A stretch of 64,000 nt of DNA from Candidatus Magasanikbacteria bacterium CG10_big_fil_rev_8_21_14_0_10_36_32 (GTDB lineage Bacteria; Patescibacteriota; Patescibacteriia; Magasanikbacterales; GWA2-37-8): NCBI GenBank assembly GCA_002778465.1, contig PFBV01000003.1:303766-367765 (forward strand), read 5' to 3'. The number at the start of each line of letters is the position of its first letter. The first letter of the stretch is position 1. The position numbers were made by a program, and so were the translations under genes. The notes below the pieces were generated by a model. The model did not search any database and was not told the DNA's origin. It worked only from the letters and a program-made list of their open reading frames with translations. Positions 18,868 through 27,887 of this stretch are shown here, piece by piece.

Positions 18868-20013
18868 TTAAACGTTTTGTGCCAATGAATACATCGGCAT
18901 TATAACTGCCACAGCGATGCCAGCTACACCTAGACCGAGAGCCAAGATGATTACCGGCTCAATAATGGTAGTGAAATTGTTCATTGTATTTTCCACCTCA
19001 TTATTAAAATATTCAGCTAGTTCGCTTAACATTTTTTCAGTATTTCCCGACTGTTCACCAACCATAATCATTTCAGTTACCATCGGTGGAAAAGTTTCCG
19101 GATAACGCATTAAGATAGTCGACAATGATTCGCCTTGTTTCAGAGATTCAGCAGTTGCCATTACATTTTCTTTAAAGATTACATTGCCGAGAACTTGTGC
19201 GGCAATGCGGGTGGCTTCAATGATTGGAATAGTACTAGCCAACAAAGAAGACAGGGTCAAGGTAAATCTTGCTAAGTTTATTTTTTTAGCCACTGGTCCA
19301 AAAATTGGAATTTTTAAATTTAAAGAATGAATAAATTTTTTAAATTTAGCAAGCTTCATTAAACGGTTGCCCAAAATAATTAATCCAGCAATAATTATAA
19401 TTACCAACCACCAATAATGTTGACCAAATTTTGTTACTCCCATTAAAACTCTGGTGGAAAGCGGCAGATCAACTTTAACTTCTTCAAACATTACCATGAT
19501 TTTTGGTAAAATATAAAAAACCACAAAGATGGCGATACCTACCATAGCGGTTAAAATCACCGATGGATAAATCATGGCACCGCGGATTTTTGAAGTTAAG
19601 CGCTGACTTTTGTTCATTTGATTAGCTACTTGTGTGAGCGCATCCTCCATTTTACCAGCCGATTCACCGGCAGCAATCATACTGACATAAATTGGTGGAA
19701 AAATACTTGGATATTTTGCTAAAACATCGCTAAATTGTTGACCGGACTCAATATCATTTTTTACTTGTTCAATGACATTTCGTAATTTTTTATTTTCTAC
19801 TTCATGAGCTAAAATATTCAGAGACGCAACAATAGACAAGCCGGCCTTAGTCATTATTTGTAAATGATGAATGAAAAGATATTTTTGCATGAAAGGCACC
19901 CTGGTTAGGTGATTTTCTATCCAAGTATTTAGTTTTTGTATAGAACTAACAGAAGCGGCTGGTGCCGTTGTTGGTTCTGTTGTGGTGGAAATTGTATTTT
20001 GTTCATCGGGCAT
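18868..20013 (-). CDS. pilC: Type IV pilus inner-membrane platform protein PilC (GspF family)
   Basis: Duplicated GspF domain architecture (KAGLSIVASL..., EATRIAAQVLGN...) with 3 TM helices. Confidence 0.85.
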   Translation of the reverse strand: MPDEQNTISTTTEPTTAPAASVSSIQKLNTWIENHLTRVPFMQKYLFIHHLQIMTKAGLSIVASLNILAHEVENKKLRNVIEQVKNDIESGQQFSDVLAKYPSIFPPIYVSMIAAGESAGKMEDALTQVANQMNKSQRLTSKIRGAMIYPSVILTAMVGIAIFVVFYILPKIMVMFEEVKVDLPLSTRVLMGVTKFGQHYWWLVIIIIAGLIILGNRLMKLAKFKKFIHSLNLKIPIFGPVAKKINLARFTLTLSSLLASTIPIIEATRIAAQVLGNVIFKENVMATAESLKQGESLSTILMRYPETFPPMVTEMIMVGEQSGNTEKMLSELAEYFNNEVENTMNNFTTIIEPVIILALGLGVAGIAVAVIMPMYSLAQNV

Positions 20014-20015
20014 AA

Positions 20016-21746
20016 CTAATCTTTAGTTACTCTTAGAATCTCACTAATAGAAGTGATACCCATTTTGGCTTTTATTAAACCATCTTCTGACATTGTCAGC
20101 ATGCCTTTTGAGCGAGCGTGAGCTTTGATATCGTTGGCAGTTGCATGTTCGTTAACTTTTTTGATTAATTCTTGGTCCATTTCTAAAACCTCATAAATAC
20201 CCATACGGCCTTTAAATCCAGTTTGTTTACATTGTGAACAACCTTCGCCTTTATAAAAGGTAATTTGGTCAAACTTTTTTTCTTTGACACTTAAATTCGC
20301 ATATTGTTTAAACAGTGGCAATATTTTTTCAATATCAAAAACTTTGGCCAACTCATCAGCTGAAGCTTTGTCTAAATTAAACTCTTTTTTGCAGTTTTGA
20401 CAGATTTTTCTGACGAGACGCTGAGCAATAATGATATTTACTGTATAAGCAACTAAAAATGGCGGTACACCCATATCAGTTAAACGCGGCAGAGTAGTTG
20501 GTGCGTCGTTGGTGTGAAGAGTGGAAAGTACCAAGTGTCCAGTCATGGCGGCATGGATGGCAATTTCAGCGGTTTCTTGATCGCGGATTTCTCCGACCAT
20601 GATAATATTTGGATCTTGGCGTAGAAAAGCGCGCAGTCCGGAAGCAAAAGTAAATCCAACTTTTGGATTAATTTGGCTTTGATTGATGCCGGCAATATGA
20701 TATTCAATTGGATCTTCAATGGTTGAAATATTTACACCCGGCTGGTTAACCATACCCAAAATTGAATATAAGGTAGTGGTTTTACCTGAACCGGTCGGAC
20801 CAGTAACAAGAATCATTCCTGTTGGTTTTTTAATAGCTGATTCAATAATTGGTTGAACAGCCGGTTGGAAACCCAGTTGTTCTAAAGTTAAAGGTTTTGC
20901 CCCTTCTGGCAAAAGACGCATAACTATTTTTTCTCCATCAAATACAGGGATAATAGAGACACGGAAAGCCACTTTGTCTTCCTGAACTTGGATTTTAAAG
21001 CGTCCGTCTTGGGGAATCATATGTTCATCAAGTTTTAGGTTGGACAAGACTTTGATTCTGGCCACAATGCCGTTTTGTAGATTTTTTGGCAGAGTCATTA
21101 CTGGTCGTAAAATTCCATCAATTCGGTATCGAATATTTAATTCTTTTTCTACGGGTTCAATATGAATATCAGAAGCGCCTTCAAAAATCGCGTGTTCTAA
21201 AATACTGTTAACCACATTAACAATTGGTAATTCTTCAGCAACTTTTTTTAAATCATCACCGCCGCTTCCGCCGGATTTTTCTTGAATTATTTTTAATTCT
21301 TCTTCTAAACCGACACGGTAATGATGAAGGGTGTCGCTTAAATCAGCCGGAGTAGTAATAAAAATTTTTGGTTCTAAACCGGTTTTACGTCGGATAAATT
21401 CAGTTGTTTCCATATCGGTCGGATCAATCATGGCCAACATTATTTCTGAGTTATTTTTATCAAAAGCTACCACATTATGAGTAACTGCCACCGGGTTGGG
21501 GATTAAATCAAAAATATCATGACGGATATCCTTTCCTTTTAAAGCCACAAATTCAGTATCTAGAAATTCGCCGATTTTTTGATAAAGCGATGTTTCGTCA
21601 ATAATGTTTTTATTTATTAGCAATTGAGATAAATTGACGCCAGTTTTTTGTACTTCGTCTTGAATAGCCTTCCATTTTTCCGCATCTGGGCAAATTTTAA
21701 ATTTTGTGACTATTTTTTCCAGTATTTTATTCGGAATCATACGCAA
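20016..21746 (-). CDS. pilB: Type IV pilus assembly ATPase PilB (GspE family)
   Basis: Walker A GPTGSGKTTTLYS, Asp box, Walker B, His box, and a tetracysteine motif CQNC...CSQC. Confidence 0.9.
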   Translation of the reverse strand: MRMIPNKILEKIVTKFKICPDAEKWKAIQDEVQKTGVNLSQLLINKNIIDETSLYQKIGEFLDTEFVALKGKDIRHDIFDLIPNPVAVTHNVVAFDKNNSEIMLAMIDPTDMETTEFIRRKTGLEPKIFITTPADLSDTLHHYRVGLEEELKIIQEKSGGSGGDDLKKVAEELPIVNVVNSILEHAIFEGASDIHIEPVEKELNIRYRIDGILRPVMTLPKNLQNGIVARIKVLSNLKLDEHMIPQDGRFKIQVQEDKVAFRVSIIPVFDGEKIVMRLLPEGAKPLTLEQLGFQPAVQPIIESAIKKPTGMILVTGPTGSGKTTTLYSILGMVNQPGVNISTIEDPIEYHIAGINQSQINPKVGFTFASGLRAFLRQDPNIIMVGEIRDQETAEIAIHAAMTGHLVLSTLHTNDAPTTLPRLTDMGVPPFLVAYTVNIIIAQRLVRKICQNCKKEFNLDKASADELAKVFDIEKILPLFKQYANLSVKEKKFDQITFYKGEGCSQCKQTGFKGRMGIYEVLEMDQELIKKVNEHATANDIKAHARSKGMLTMSEDGLIKAKMGITSISEILRVTKD

Positions 21747-21904
21747 AAAATTGACTTAGGGATTATTAAGACTCTTACTATAATTATATCATAACCTTAG
21801 GTTTTTGGCGACAATAGCGGATTAAATGGCCTTGACTTATTTTTACTTTGTGCTATTATATGCATATCTTAAATAATAATAACCAAAAGTAATTAAATTT
21901 ATCT

Positions 21905-22474
21905 ATGAAGAAATACGAATTATTGCTTATTTTACCGGGCACTTTTGATGAACAAGAGGCCAAAAATAAGGTTGAAGAAATTGTTAATATGTTAAAAGAA
22001 TATGCTCAAGATGTGGAAATTAATTCTTTGGGCAAGAATCGTTTAGCTTATCCAATTAGACAAATTAGGTATGGATATTTTTATACCGCGATTTTTAATG
22101 CTGAAATTGATAAATTGTCGGTTATTTATGAAAAATTAAATTTAATGAGAGAATTGTTGCGAGCAATGGTGACACATTTTAATACTAAAGCGGTTGGTAA
22201 TCAAAAAATCACTTATTTTATGGAAGAGGGTGGAATAACTCGCCGTGACGATGAAGAAAGAAAACCAAGAGTTATTATGGATAGAGCAGTAGCATTGGAA
22301 CAGGTCGAAGAACAGGTTGTTGTTCCGACAAAAGAAGAAAATACCGCTCAAGAAGTTGTTGTGGAAGAAGTGAAATTTCCAAAGGTTGCGGCCAACGAAA
22401 AACAAGTTGATTTAAAAGAAATTGATAAAAAATTGGACGAAATTTTATCAGATTCCAGTTCGTTGGATATTTAA
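21905..22474 (+). CDS. rpsF: 30S ribosomal protein S6 with C-terminal extension
   Basis: MKKYELLLILPG...GKNRLAYPIRQIRYGYFY matches the S6 N-terminal domain; followed by ssb and rpsR in canonical order. Confidence 0.8.
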   Translation: MKKYELLLILPGTFDEQEAKNKVEEIVNMLKEYAQDVEINSLGKNRLAYPIRQIRYGYFYTAIFNAEIDKLSVIYEKLNLMRELLRAMVTHFNTKAVGNQKITYFMEEGGITRRDDEERKPRVIMDRAVALEQVEEQVVVPTKEENTAQEVVVEEVKFPKVAANEKQVDLKEIDKKLDEILSDSSSLDI

Positions 22475-22495
22475 TTAAAAAAATAATTTTTATCT

Positions 22496-22945
22496 ATGGA
22501 TTTAAATCGTATCACAATAATTGGCAACATGACACGTGACCCGGAAGTTCGTACCACTCCAAATGGAAAATCTGTTGCTTCTTTTTCTGTCGCCACCAAT
22601 CGTTATTGGACAGACCAAAATGGACAAAAACAAAAAGAAACCGAATTTCACAATGTCGTGTTATGGACTAAGTTGGCTGATGTAGCAGGACAATATTTAC
22701 ACAAAGGCAATAAAATTTATATTGAAGGACGCTTAAGAACTCGTGAATGGACGGCGCAAGACGGAACCAAAAGAACACGAACTGAAATTATCGGAGAAAA
22801 TATGATTATGTTGGGCGGTCGCCCGAGTGGTGCGGTCGGTTCCACTGTCGATTCAAACGGACAAATTCAATCTGCCACCACAAGTGAAAGTGGCCCACAG
22901 GAAGTGATTGAAGAAGAAATAAAAGTTGAAGATATACCTTTTTAA
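22496..22945 (+). CDS. ssb: Single-stranded DNA-binding protein
   Basis: OB-fold MDLNRITIIGNMTRDPEVRTTPNGKSVASFSVATNRYW and a C-terminal acidic tail EEEIKVEDIPF. Confidence 0.85.
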   Translation: MDLNRITIIGNMTRDPEVRTTPNGKSVASFSVATNRYWTDQNGQKQKETEFHNVVLWTKLADVAGQYLHKGNKIYIEGRLRTREWTAQDGTKRTRTEIIGENMIMLGGRPSGAVGSTVDSNGQIQSATTSESGPQEVIEEEIKVEDIPF

Positions 22946-22959
22946 AAAAATAATTATCT

Positions 22960-23187
22960 ATGTTAAACAAAACAAAAAATACAAAAGCAAAAGGCTGTCA
23001 TTATTGCATTAATAATAAAGTGGCAGTTGATTATAAAGACATTAATAGTTTGCGTCGATTTGTTTCTTCATATATGAAGATTGCGCCGCGTCGCCGCAGC
23101 GGCTTGTGTGCCAAACATCAACGTCAAGTGTCTTCGGCCATTAAACGAGCCAGACAAGCGGCTTTAATGCCATTTATACCAAAGTAA
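22960..23187 (+). CDS. rpsR: 30S ribosomal protein S18
   Basis: [50 protein letters not shown]. Confidence 0.85.
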   Translation: MLNKTKNTKAKGCHYCINNKVAVDYKDINSLRRFVSSYMKIAPRRRSGLCAKHQRQVSSAIKRARQAALMPFIPK

Positions 23188-23265
23188 TTTGTGGTTTAAT
23201 TGCAAATAAAATCAAACGCGGTACACCGAAAGGTGTATCGTGTGTTGTTTAAACAAGGAATTTAT

Positions 23266-24306
23266 ATGTCTCAATGGTTGGATTTTAAAAAAAATTCACG
23301 CTTGCGTGAGATTTATGAAAAAAGATTGCAAATAACGCGTTTAATTCGCGAATTTTTTTGGGCGCAAAATTTTCAAGAAGTGGAAACTCCAATTGCTCTT
23401 AAAAAACCGGGTCAGGAGCCATATTTAAATCCTATTACAACTTTATTTCATAATCCGCTCGGCAAAAAGCATAAGTTTTATTTACAAACTTCACCAGAGT
23501 TTGCTATGAAAAAATTATTAGCGGCCGGTTGGACAAAAATTTTTCAAATCTGTAAATGTTTTCGTGATTTTGAATCTTTTGGCGGAATTCATAATACCGA
23601 GTTTACTATGATTGAATGGTATAGGTCGCCAGGGAAATTAGAAGATATTATGAATGACATTGAAAAACTTTTTAAATTTATTGCCGGTCAATTGAATATA
23701 CAAGAAGTTGAATATAAAAATAAAAAAATAAATGTAATTGGCGAATGGGAGAGATTGTCTATGCGCGAAGTTTGGCAAAAATTTTTAAATGTGGAATTAA
23801 ATAATTATTTAACCATTGAATCAATTTTAAAATTGGTTCAAAGTCGAGATTGGCAAATTTCTGAAAATGACGCATATGAAGATTTGTTTTATAAAATATT
23901 TTTAAATGAAATTGAACCAAAGTTGGGTTTTGAAAAACCGGTAATGATTTATGATTATCCGGAACAGATGACTTCACTTTCTTGTTTATCAGAAGAAGAT
24001 TCGCGTTATGCCGAGCGTTTTGAATTATATATTGGCGGATTGGAATTGGCCAATGCTTTTGGCGAGTTAACTGATGCTGCTGAACAAAAGAAGCGTTTAG
24101 AAGCCGATAAAGAAAAAAGAAAACAATTGAATAAAGAAATTTGGCCAGTTGATTCTGATTTTATTTTTGCTTTAGAATCTGGAATTCCAAAAGCCGGAGG
24201 AATAGCTTTGGGTGTTGATCGTTTAGTAATGCTTTTTACCGGCGCAAAAGATATTAATGAGGTGATTTTTCAGGCAGTCGGGGACCAGCTTGACCCTATA
24301 AAGTAG
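23266..24306 (+). CDS. epmA: EF-P-lysine lysyltransferase EpmA (PoxA/GenX, truncated class II LysRS paralog). Start chosen at the ATG after AAGGAA; the ORF track extends to 23200
   Basis: Class II aaRS motifs: FQICKCFRDFE (motif 2 region), TEFTMIEWY, GGLELANAFGELTD and GIALGVDRLVML (motif 3). No anticodon-binding domain. Confidence 0.75.
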   Translation: MSQWLDFKKNSRLREIYEKRLQITRLIREFFWAQNFQEVETPIALKKPGQEPYLNPITTLFHNPLGKKHKFYLQTSPEFAMKKLLAAGWTKIFQICKCFRDFESFGGIHNTEFTMIEWYRSPGKLEDIMNDIEKLFKFIAGQLNIQEVEYKNKKINVIGEWERLSMREVWQKFLNVELNNYLTIESILKLVQSRDWQISENDAYEDLFYKIFLNEIEPKLGFEKPVMIYDYPEQMTSLSCLSEEDSRYAERFELYIGGLELANAFGELTDAAEQKKRLEADKEKRKQLNKEIWPVDSDFIFALESGIPKAGGIALGVDRLVMLFTGAKDINEVIFQAVGDQLDPIK

Positions 24307-24377
24307 AACTTCGTTCATTTCAGCGTTGACAGAATCATTAAAAAATGTTATCTATTAAACATAGTTCATTAAAATAT

Positions 24378-24430
24378 ATTCCCGGCCTTCGTTGGGTTTT
24401 GTTAGAAACAGATTCCAACGAAGGCCGGGA
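24378..24430. repeat. 17-bp perfect inverted repeat (GC-rich hairpin) at the left edge of GC-rich island 2
   Basis: TTCCCGGCCTTCGTTGG, 19-nt loop, CCAACGAAGGCCGGGAA. Confidence 0.6.
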
Positions 24431-24462
24431 ATTGTCCCGTCTTCCTTCTGTCCGCGGAGCGG

Positions 24463-25107
24463 TTGGAAGTACTCCCTTTTTGGGAGAAGGACTTTGTGGC
24501 CGGTTTGGTTCGCGCGGCCGTGGAGAACACGTTTTTCACCGCCATCTCGGACAAGGACGCTCCGGCTCGTTTCGCCGACGCAGTCGCCAAGTGGCGCAAG
24601 CTCGCCAGCGACCTCGGCTACACCGGCCCGGTGCTCTGGCAGGTGAAGGCAGGATTCACTCTGAAGAAGCACGCCCCGCTTGCCGGTCCTTGCTATAAGC
24701 GGTTCGGCTATCTGCAGAACTGCTGGTCGCTTCAGAACGACGAGCCGACGGTTGGCTCTATGGTATTCTATATCCCGCGCATCGTCGCGACGGAGAAGAA
24801 CACCGAAGAACAGAAGCAGGCGCTGGCTAAGCTTCGCAAGAAGTACGGCCTGCCCGAGAGCCATCTGTCCTCGTTCGGTTCGGCTGCCTTGGTTTCCGGT
24901 CTTATTCTGGCGCATTTCAAGCGCACGGGCGAGCGCGCTCCGTTCAACAGAAATTGGGTTCGCACCGATACCCTGCGCACGGATGACTACCGGCTCGGTC
25001 TCGGCGACTTTGATGAGGACGGGCTCTACTGCGACCACTGCCGCTGGGGTGACGGCTGCGGCGTTAGTCTCGGGGTCTTTCCTTTGGGGGTGGAGCTGGG
25101 TTTCTAG
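24463..25107 (+). CDS. GC-rich (about 60% GC, high GC3) foreign ORF of unknown function. It has no in-frame ATG start (TTG at 24463) and is possibly a gene remnant
   Basis: Coherent high-GC3 codon usage in this frame only. The minus-strand 227-aa ORF is Arg/Leu/Ala-rich antisense noise. The first in-frame ATG is near 24760. Confidence 0.4.
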   Translation: MEVLPFWEKDFVAGLVRAAVENTFFTAISDKDAPARFADAVAKWRKLASDLGYTGPVLWQVKAGFTLKKHAPLAGPCYKRFGYLQNCWSLQNDEPTVGSMVFYIPRIVATEKNTEEQKQALAKLRKKYGLPESHLSSFGSAALVSGLILAHFKRTGERAPFNRNWVRTDTLRTDDYRLGLGDFDEDGLYCDHCRWGDGCGVSLGVFPLGVELGF

Positions 25108-25278
25108 GTCGCTTAGTTCTTTTTGTTAGTTCTTGGGTCCTTGGCGTTTTGGCGCTTAGGATCCTTTTTTATTTCATTTTTGCGGAGTATAATAGCAGTC
25201 TGTTCATTAATTTTATCTATGGTAAATTTGCGCGAAAAAATCAGCGGGCTTAATTTGTCCGTTGTGGAAGAAGGAGTT

Positions 25279-25752
25279 ATGTATTTTTTTATTTACGGTT
25301 TAATCGGCTGGCTGATTGACACTGTTTTTGAATCAATGATTTTTGACCAATTGTTACCCGGTGGAATGTTCCAAAGTTTCCGGCTGCCGATTCCATTTGC
25401 CCCGATTTACGGCTTTGGTGCTTTGGCAATTATTTATCTGACCAAGCGGTTATGGAATAAATCTTTAATATTATCCGTTCCGTTGGCCGGGATTATAGCG
25501 ACGGCGGTAGAATATTTTGGAGGAATAATAACGGTTGCTTTATTTGGACATCGCGCATGGGATTACAGCGGGAGTTTTTTAAATTTACACGGGCACACTA
25601 ATTTATTTTATGCTATTGCCTGGACATTTCTTGGCTGGAGTTTTATTAAGTTCATTCATCCGCCGGTAGAAAAAATAGTAAAAGTTTTTTTAATGCGTCT
25701 GCGTAAAAATATTGATACGGATATTCTTGACAAGGAAATTAAAATTCGTTAA
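25279..25752 (+). CDS. Small polytopic membrane protein, 'putative ABC-transporter type IV' (CmpB-like) family. Start refined to the ATG after GAAGGAG
   Basis: MYFFIYGLIGWLIDTVFE...RLPIPFAPIYGFGALAI is the characteristic motif of this family. A strong SD lies 7 nt upstream of 25279. Confidence 0.5.
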   Translation: MYFFIYGLIGWLIDTVFESMIFDQLLPGGMFQSFRLPIPFAPIYGFGALAIIYLTKRLWNKSLILSVPLAGIIATAVEYFGGIITVALFGHRAWDYSGSFLNLHGHTNLFYAIAWTFLGWSFIKFIHPPVEKIVKVFLMRLRKNIDTDILDKEIKIR

Positions 25753-25786
25753 AATCATATTGCTTTATTATTTAAAATTTTTATTT

Positions 25787-26347
25787 ATGGCTTCTACATC
25801 TGATATCCGCAAAGGAGCGGTGATAAAAAATCAAAATGATTTATATGTAGTGGTTGATTTTCAACATGTAAATCCGGGCAAGGGCGCGGCTTTTGTTCGT
25901 ACTCGTATGAAATCTTTAGCCAATGGAAAAGTAATTGAAAATACTTATAAAAGCGGAGAAAGTTTAGATATTGTTAGTGTTCAGTTTCAGACTATGCAAT
26001 ATTTATACAAAACCGATGGACGCTATGCTTTTATGAATAACCAAACCTATGAACAGATTGAAATGGATGCCGATTTAATTGGTGATGATGCAAAATATTT
26101 AAAAGAAGGGTTAGAATTGGTTGTTGGTTTATATGGAGAACGTCCAGTCAGTGTGCAATTACCGAAAAAAATTCAGTATAAAGTAGTGGAAGCTCCACCG
26201 GCCGTAAAAGGTGACAGCGCTTCCGGCAATGTAACCAAGGAAATTGTTTTAGAAAATGGGTTGCATATTCAAGCACCGATATTTATTAAAGAAGGAGAAG
26301 AAATCTTGGTTAATACGGAAACGGGAGATTATTCCACTAGAGCGTAA
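25787..26347 (+). CDS. efp: Translation elongation factor P (start refined to MASTSDIRKG)
   Basis: MASTSDIRKGAVI...HVNPGKGAAFVRTRMKSL with the conserved lysine in the PGKG loop (the EpmA-type modification site). Confidence 0.9.
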   Translation: MASTSDIRKGAVIKNQNDLYVVVDFQHVNPGKGAAFVRTRMKSLANGKVIENTYKSGESLDIVSVQFQTMQYLYKTDGRYAFMNNQTYEQIEMDADLIGDDAKYLKEGLELVVGLYGERPVSVQLPKKIQYKVVEAPPAVKGDSASGNVTKEIVLENGLHIQAPIFIKEGEEILVNTETGDYSTRA

Positions 26348-26378
26348 AAAAATCCCGACTTTGTGTCGGGATTTTTTT
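26346..26378 (+). terminator. Rho-independent terminator
   Basis: AAAAAATCCCGACtttgtGTCGGGATTTTTTT. Confidence 0.75.
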
Positions 26379-26503
26379 ATTCATCCTCAGAATTGTCTTT
26401 GTCAGGATTTTCTTCCTCATCGTTAACCAAATGAAAACCTTCCATTTCATTTTCTTCTTCTTTTTCATCTTCAAAGTTATCGTTGGAATTCGTTGGGTCA
26501 TCA

Positions 26504-26806
26504 TTAAATTGCATAATGTGTGATTAAAAAATATACTAAAGTTATTTGTAAAATTAAAATTATCGCCAGCCAAGCCAAAAAACTATTCTTTTGTGTTTTG
26601 TGCCGAAAAAGTTTGATTCCAGTCATGGCGCCGATTGATCCTCCGACCAAAGCCATTATCAAAAGTGTTCGTTCGCTAATTCGCCAAGCTTTGGCGGCAG
26701 ATTTTGCTTTATCCACACCGTAAAAAAAGAAAGTCAGAAAATTAATTACTAGCAAATACCAAGCCAAAACGATGTGTTGTTGATATAACTCTTTAAGATA
26801 TTCCAT
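26504..26806 (-). CDS. DUF1294-family small membrane protein
   Basis: 100 aa with two TM helices and FFFYGVDKAKSAAKAWRISERTLL typical of DUF1294. Confidence 0.5.
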   Translation of the reverse strand: MEYLKELYQQHIVLAWYLLVINFLTFFFYGVDKAKSAAKAWRISERTLLIMALVGGSIGAMTGIKLFRHKTQKNSFLAWLAIILILQITLVYFLITHYAI

Positions 26807-26989
26807 ATAGATTAAGTATACTAAAATACAAAATAAATCTCAACAGCCATTGACTTTTTTATAAAAACCTATTACAATGTTTATTGTTTTGTGGATATCA
26901 TATATTCAATTACGGGTATTACATATGGCATGGCATATAATACCCCTCGTTCGGAAAAGTGATAGTTTTACTCTCCCTTTTCGCTCACT

Positions 26990-27061
26990 GCGGGTATCAT
27001 ATAACGGCTATTATCCCAGTTTTCCAAACTGGTGACACGGGTTCGACTCCCGTTACCCGCT
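26990..27061 (+). tRNA. tRNA-Gly (anticodon TCC)
   Basis: Acceptor GCGGGTA/TACCCGC, anticodon stem-loop CCAGT-TTTCCAA-ACTGG and T-arm ACGGG-TTCGACT-CCCGT. It overlaps the artefactual 5' part of ORF 27032-27493. Confidence 0.8.
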
Positions 27062-27181
27062 CAAGTTTTAAAAGCAGAGTTCATACTCTGTTTTTTGTAT
27101 TTTAGATTAACGAAGATATATCCGCAGATAAATGATAATTTGACAAGATATAGTTATGGGTGTATACTCATAACAGGTAAT

Positions 27182-27493
27182 ATGAAAAAGGTCGGATTAC
27201 CAGTTATTATTAAAATAATGATGAATAAATATATGCCGAGTATGAATAAAACAGGTCCAATGGGGCGGGGTGCTATGACTGGTCGTGGTTTAGGTCCCTG
27301 CGGCGGAGGAATGACTTGTGTCCGTCGGAGAAGTGGCTGTGGATTAGGCTGGAGAAAATTTTGGGGATATGATTTTACTCCGATTCTTTCCAAAAAAGAT
27401 GAAACTGAAATGCTTTCAGAAGAAACGAAAATATTGGAAGAAGAACTGAAGAATATCAAATCTCGCTTAGCCGAAATTAAGGATCAAAAATAA
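27182..27493 (+). CDS. DUF5320-family protein (Gly-rich N-terminus with Cys pair, C-terminal coiled-coil). Start placed after the tRNA
   Basis: MNKTGPMGRGAMTGRGLGPCGGGMTC plus C-terminal EETKILEEELKNIKSRLAEIKDQK. The family often co-occurs with DUF134/NifX-like genes. Confidence 0.45.
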   Translation: MKKVGLPVIIKIMMNKYMPSMNKTGPMGRGAMTGRGLGPCGGGMTCVRRRSGCGLGWRKFWGYDFTPILSKKDETEMLSEETKILEEELKNIKSRLAEIKDQK

Positions 27494-27561
27494 AAAGTTA
27501 AGTGTCACTCGTATCATTTGGTATAAGTGATATTTAATTTAATATTAATAAAAATAATAAT

Positions 27562-27846
27562 ATGTTGTCAAAAATACCAATAAATTTAGATGGTATTGAT
27601 AAAAAAATTTTAGACATAGAAATATTAAGAGTTGGAATAATAGCGGAATTAGATGCAATAAATTTGTATGAGCAAATGGCTGTAATGGCGCAAGATAAAA
27701 ATATTAAAATAATGCTTTTGAATATTGCTAAAGAGGAAAAAACTCATGTAGGAGAGTTTCAGACATTGTTGTTGAATAGAGACAAAGAACAAACCATTGA
27801 AATGGAAACCGGTAAAGAGGAAGTTAAAAAAGAGGTTGGTGAATAA
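27562..27846 (+). CDS. Encapsulated-ferritin-like (EncFtn/half-ferritin) protein
   Basis: ELDAINLYEQM...D...LLNIAKEEKTHVGEFQTLLLNRD aligns with the EncFtn E-x-x-A-x-D-x-Y..EEKEH..L...D signature. Confidence 0.5.
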   Translation: MLSKIPINLDGIDKKILDIEILRVGIIAELDAINLYEQMAVMAQDKNIKIMLLNIAKEEKTHVGEFQTLLLNRDKEQTIEMETGKEEVKKEVGE

Positions 27847-27887
27847 ATTAAAATATATTTTTTATAATTAAAATTTAATAATAAATT

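Noticed and set aside
24355-25038. 227-aa minus-strand ORF and several 60-150-aa ORFs (24345-24698, 24392-24646, 24402-24599, 24680-25129, 24768-24980) in GC island 2
   Set aside because: Arg/Ala/Leu/Gly-rich products typical of out-of-frame or antisense translation of GC-rich DNA. Only the plus frame 24463-25107 shows coherent GC3-biased codon usage.
26381-26516. 45-aa highly acidic minus-strand ORF (MQFNDDPTNSNDNFEDEKEEENEMEGFHLVNDEENPDKDNSEDE) overlapping the stop of the DUF1294 gene in the +1 frame
   Set aside because: No RBS, and it overlaps the last four codons of the upstream gene. It could reflect a frameshifted acidic tail, but there is no supporting evidence. The tabulated ORF 26337-26573(-) is in yet another frame and is clearly noise.
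27032-27181. N-terminal 50 aa of ORF 27032-27493
   Set aside because: Overlaps tRNA-Gly(TCC) at 26990-27061. The DUF5320 homology starts downstream, so the start was moved to 27182.
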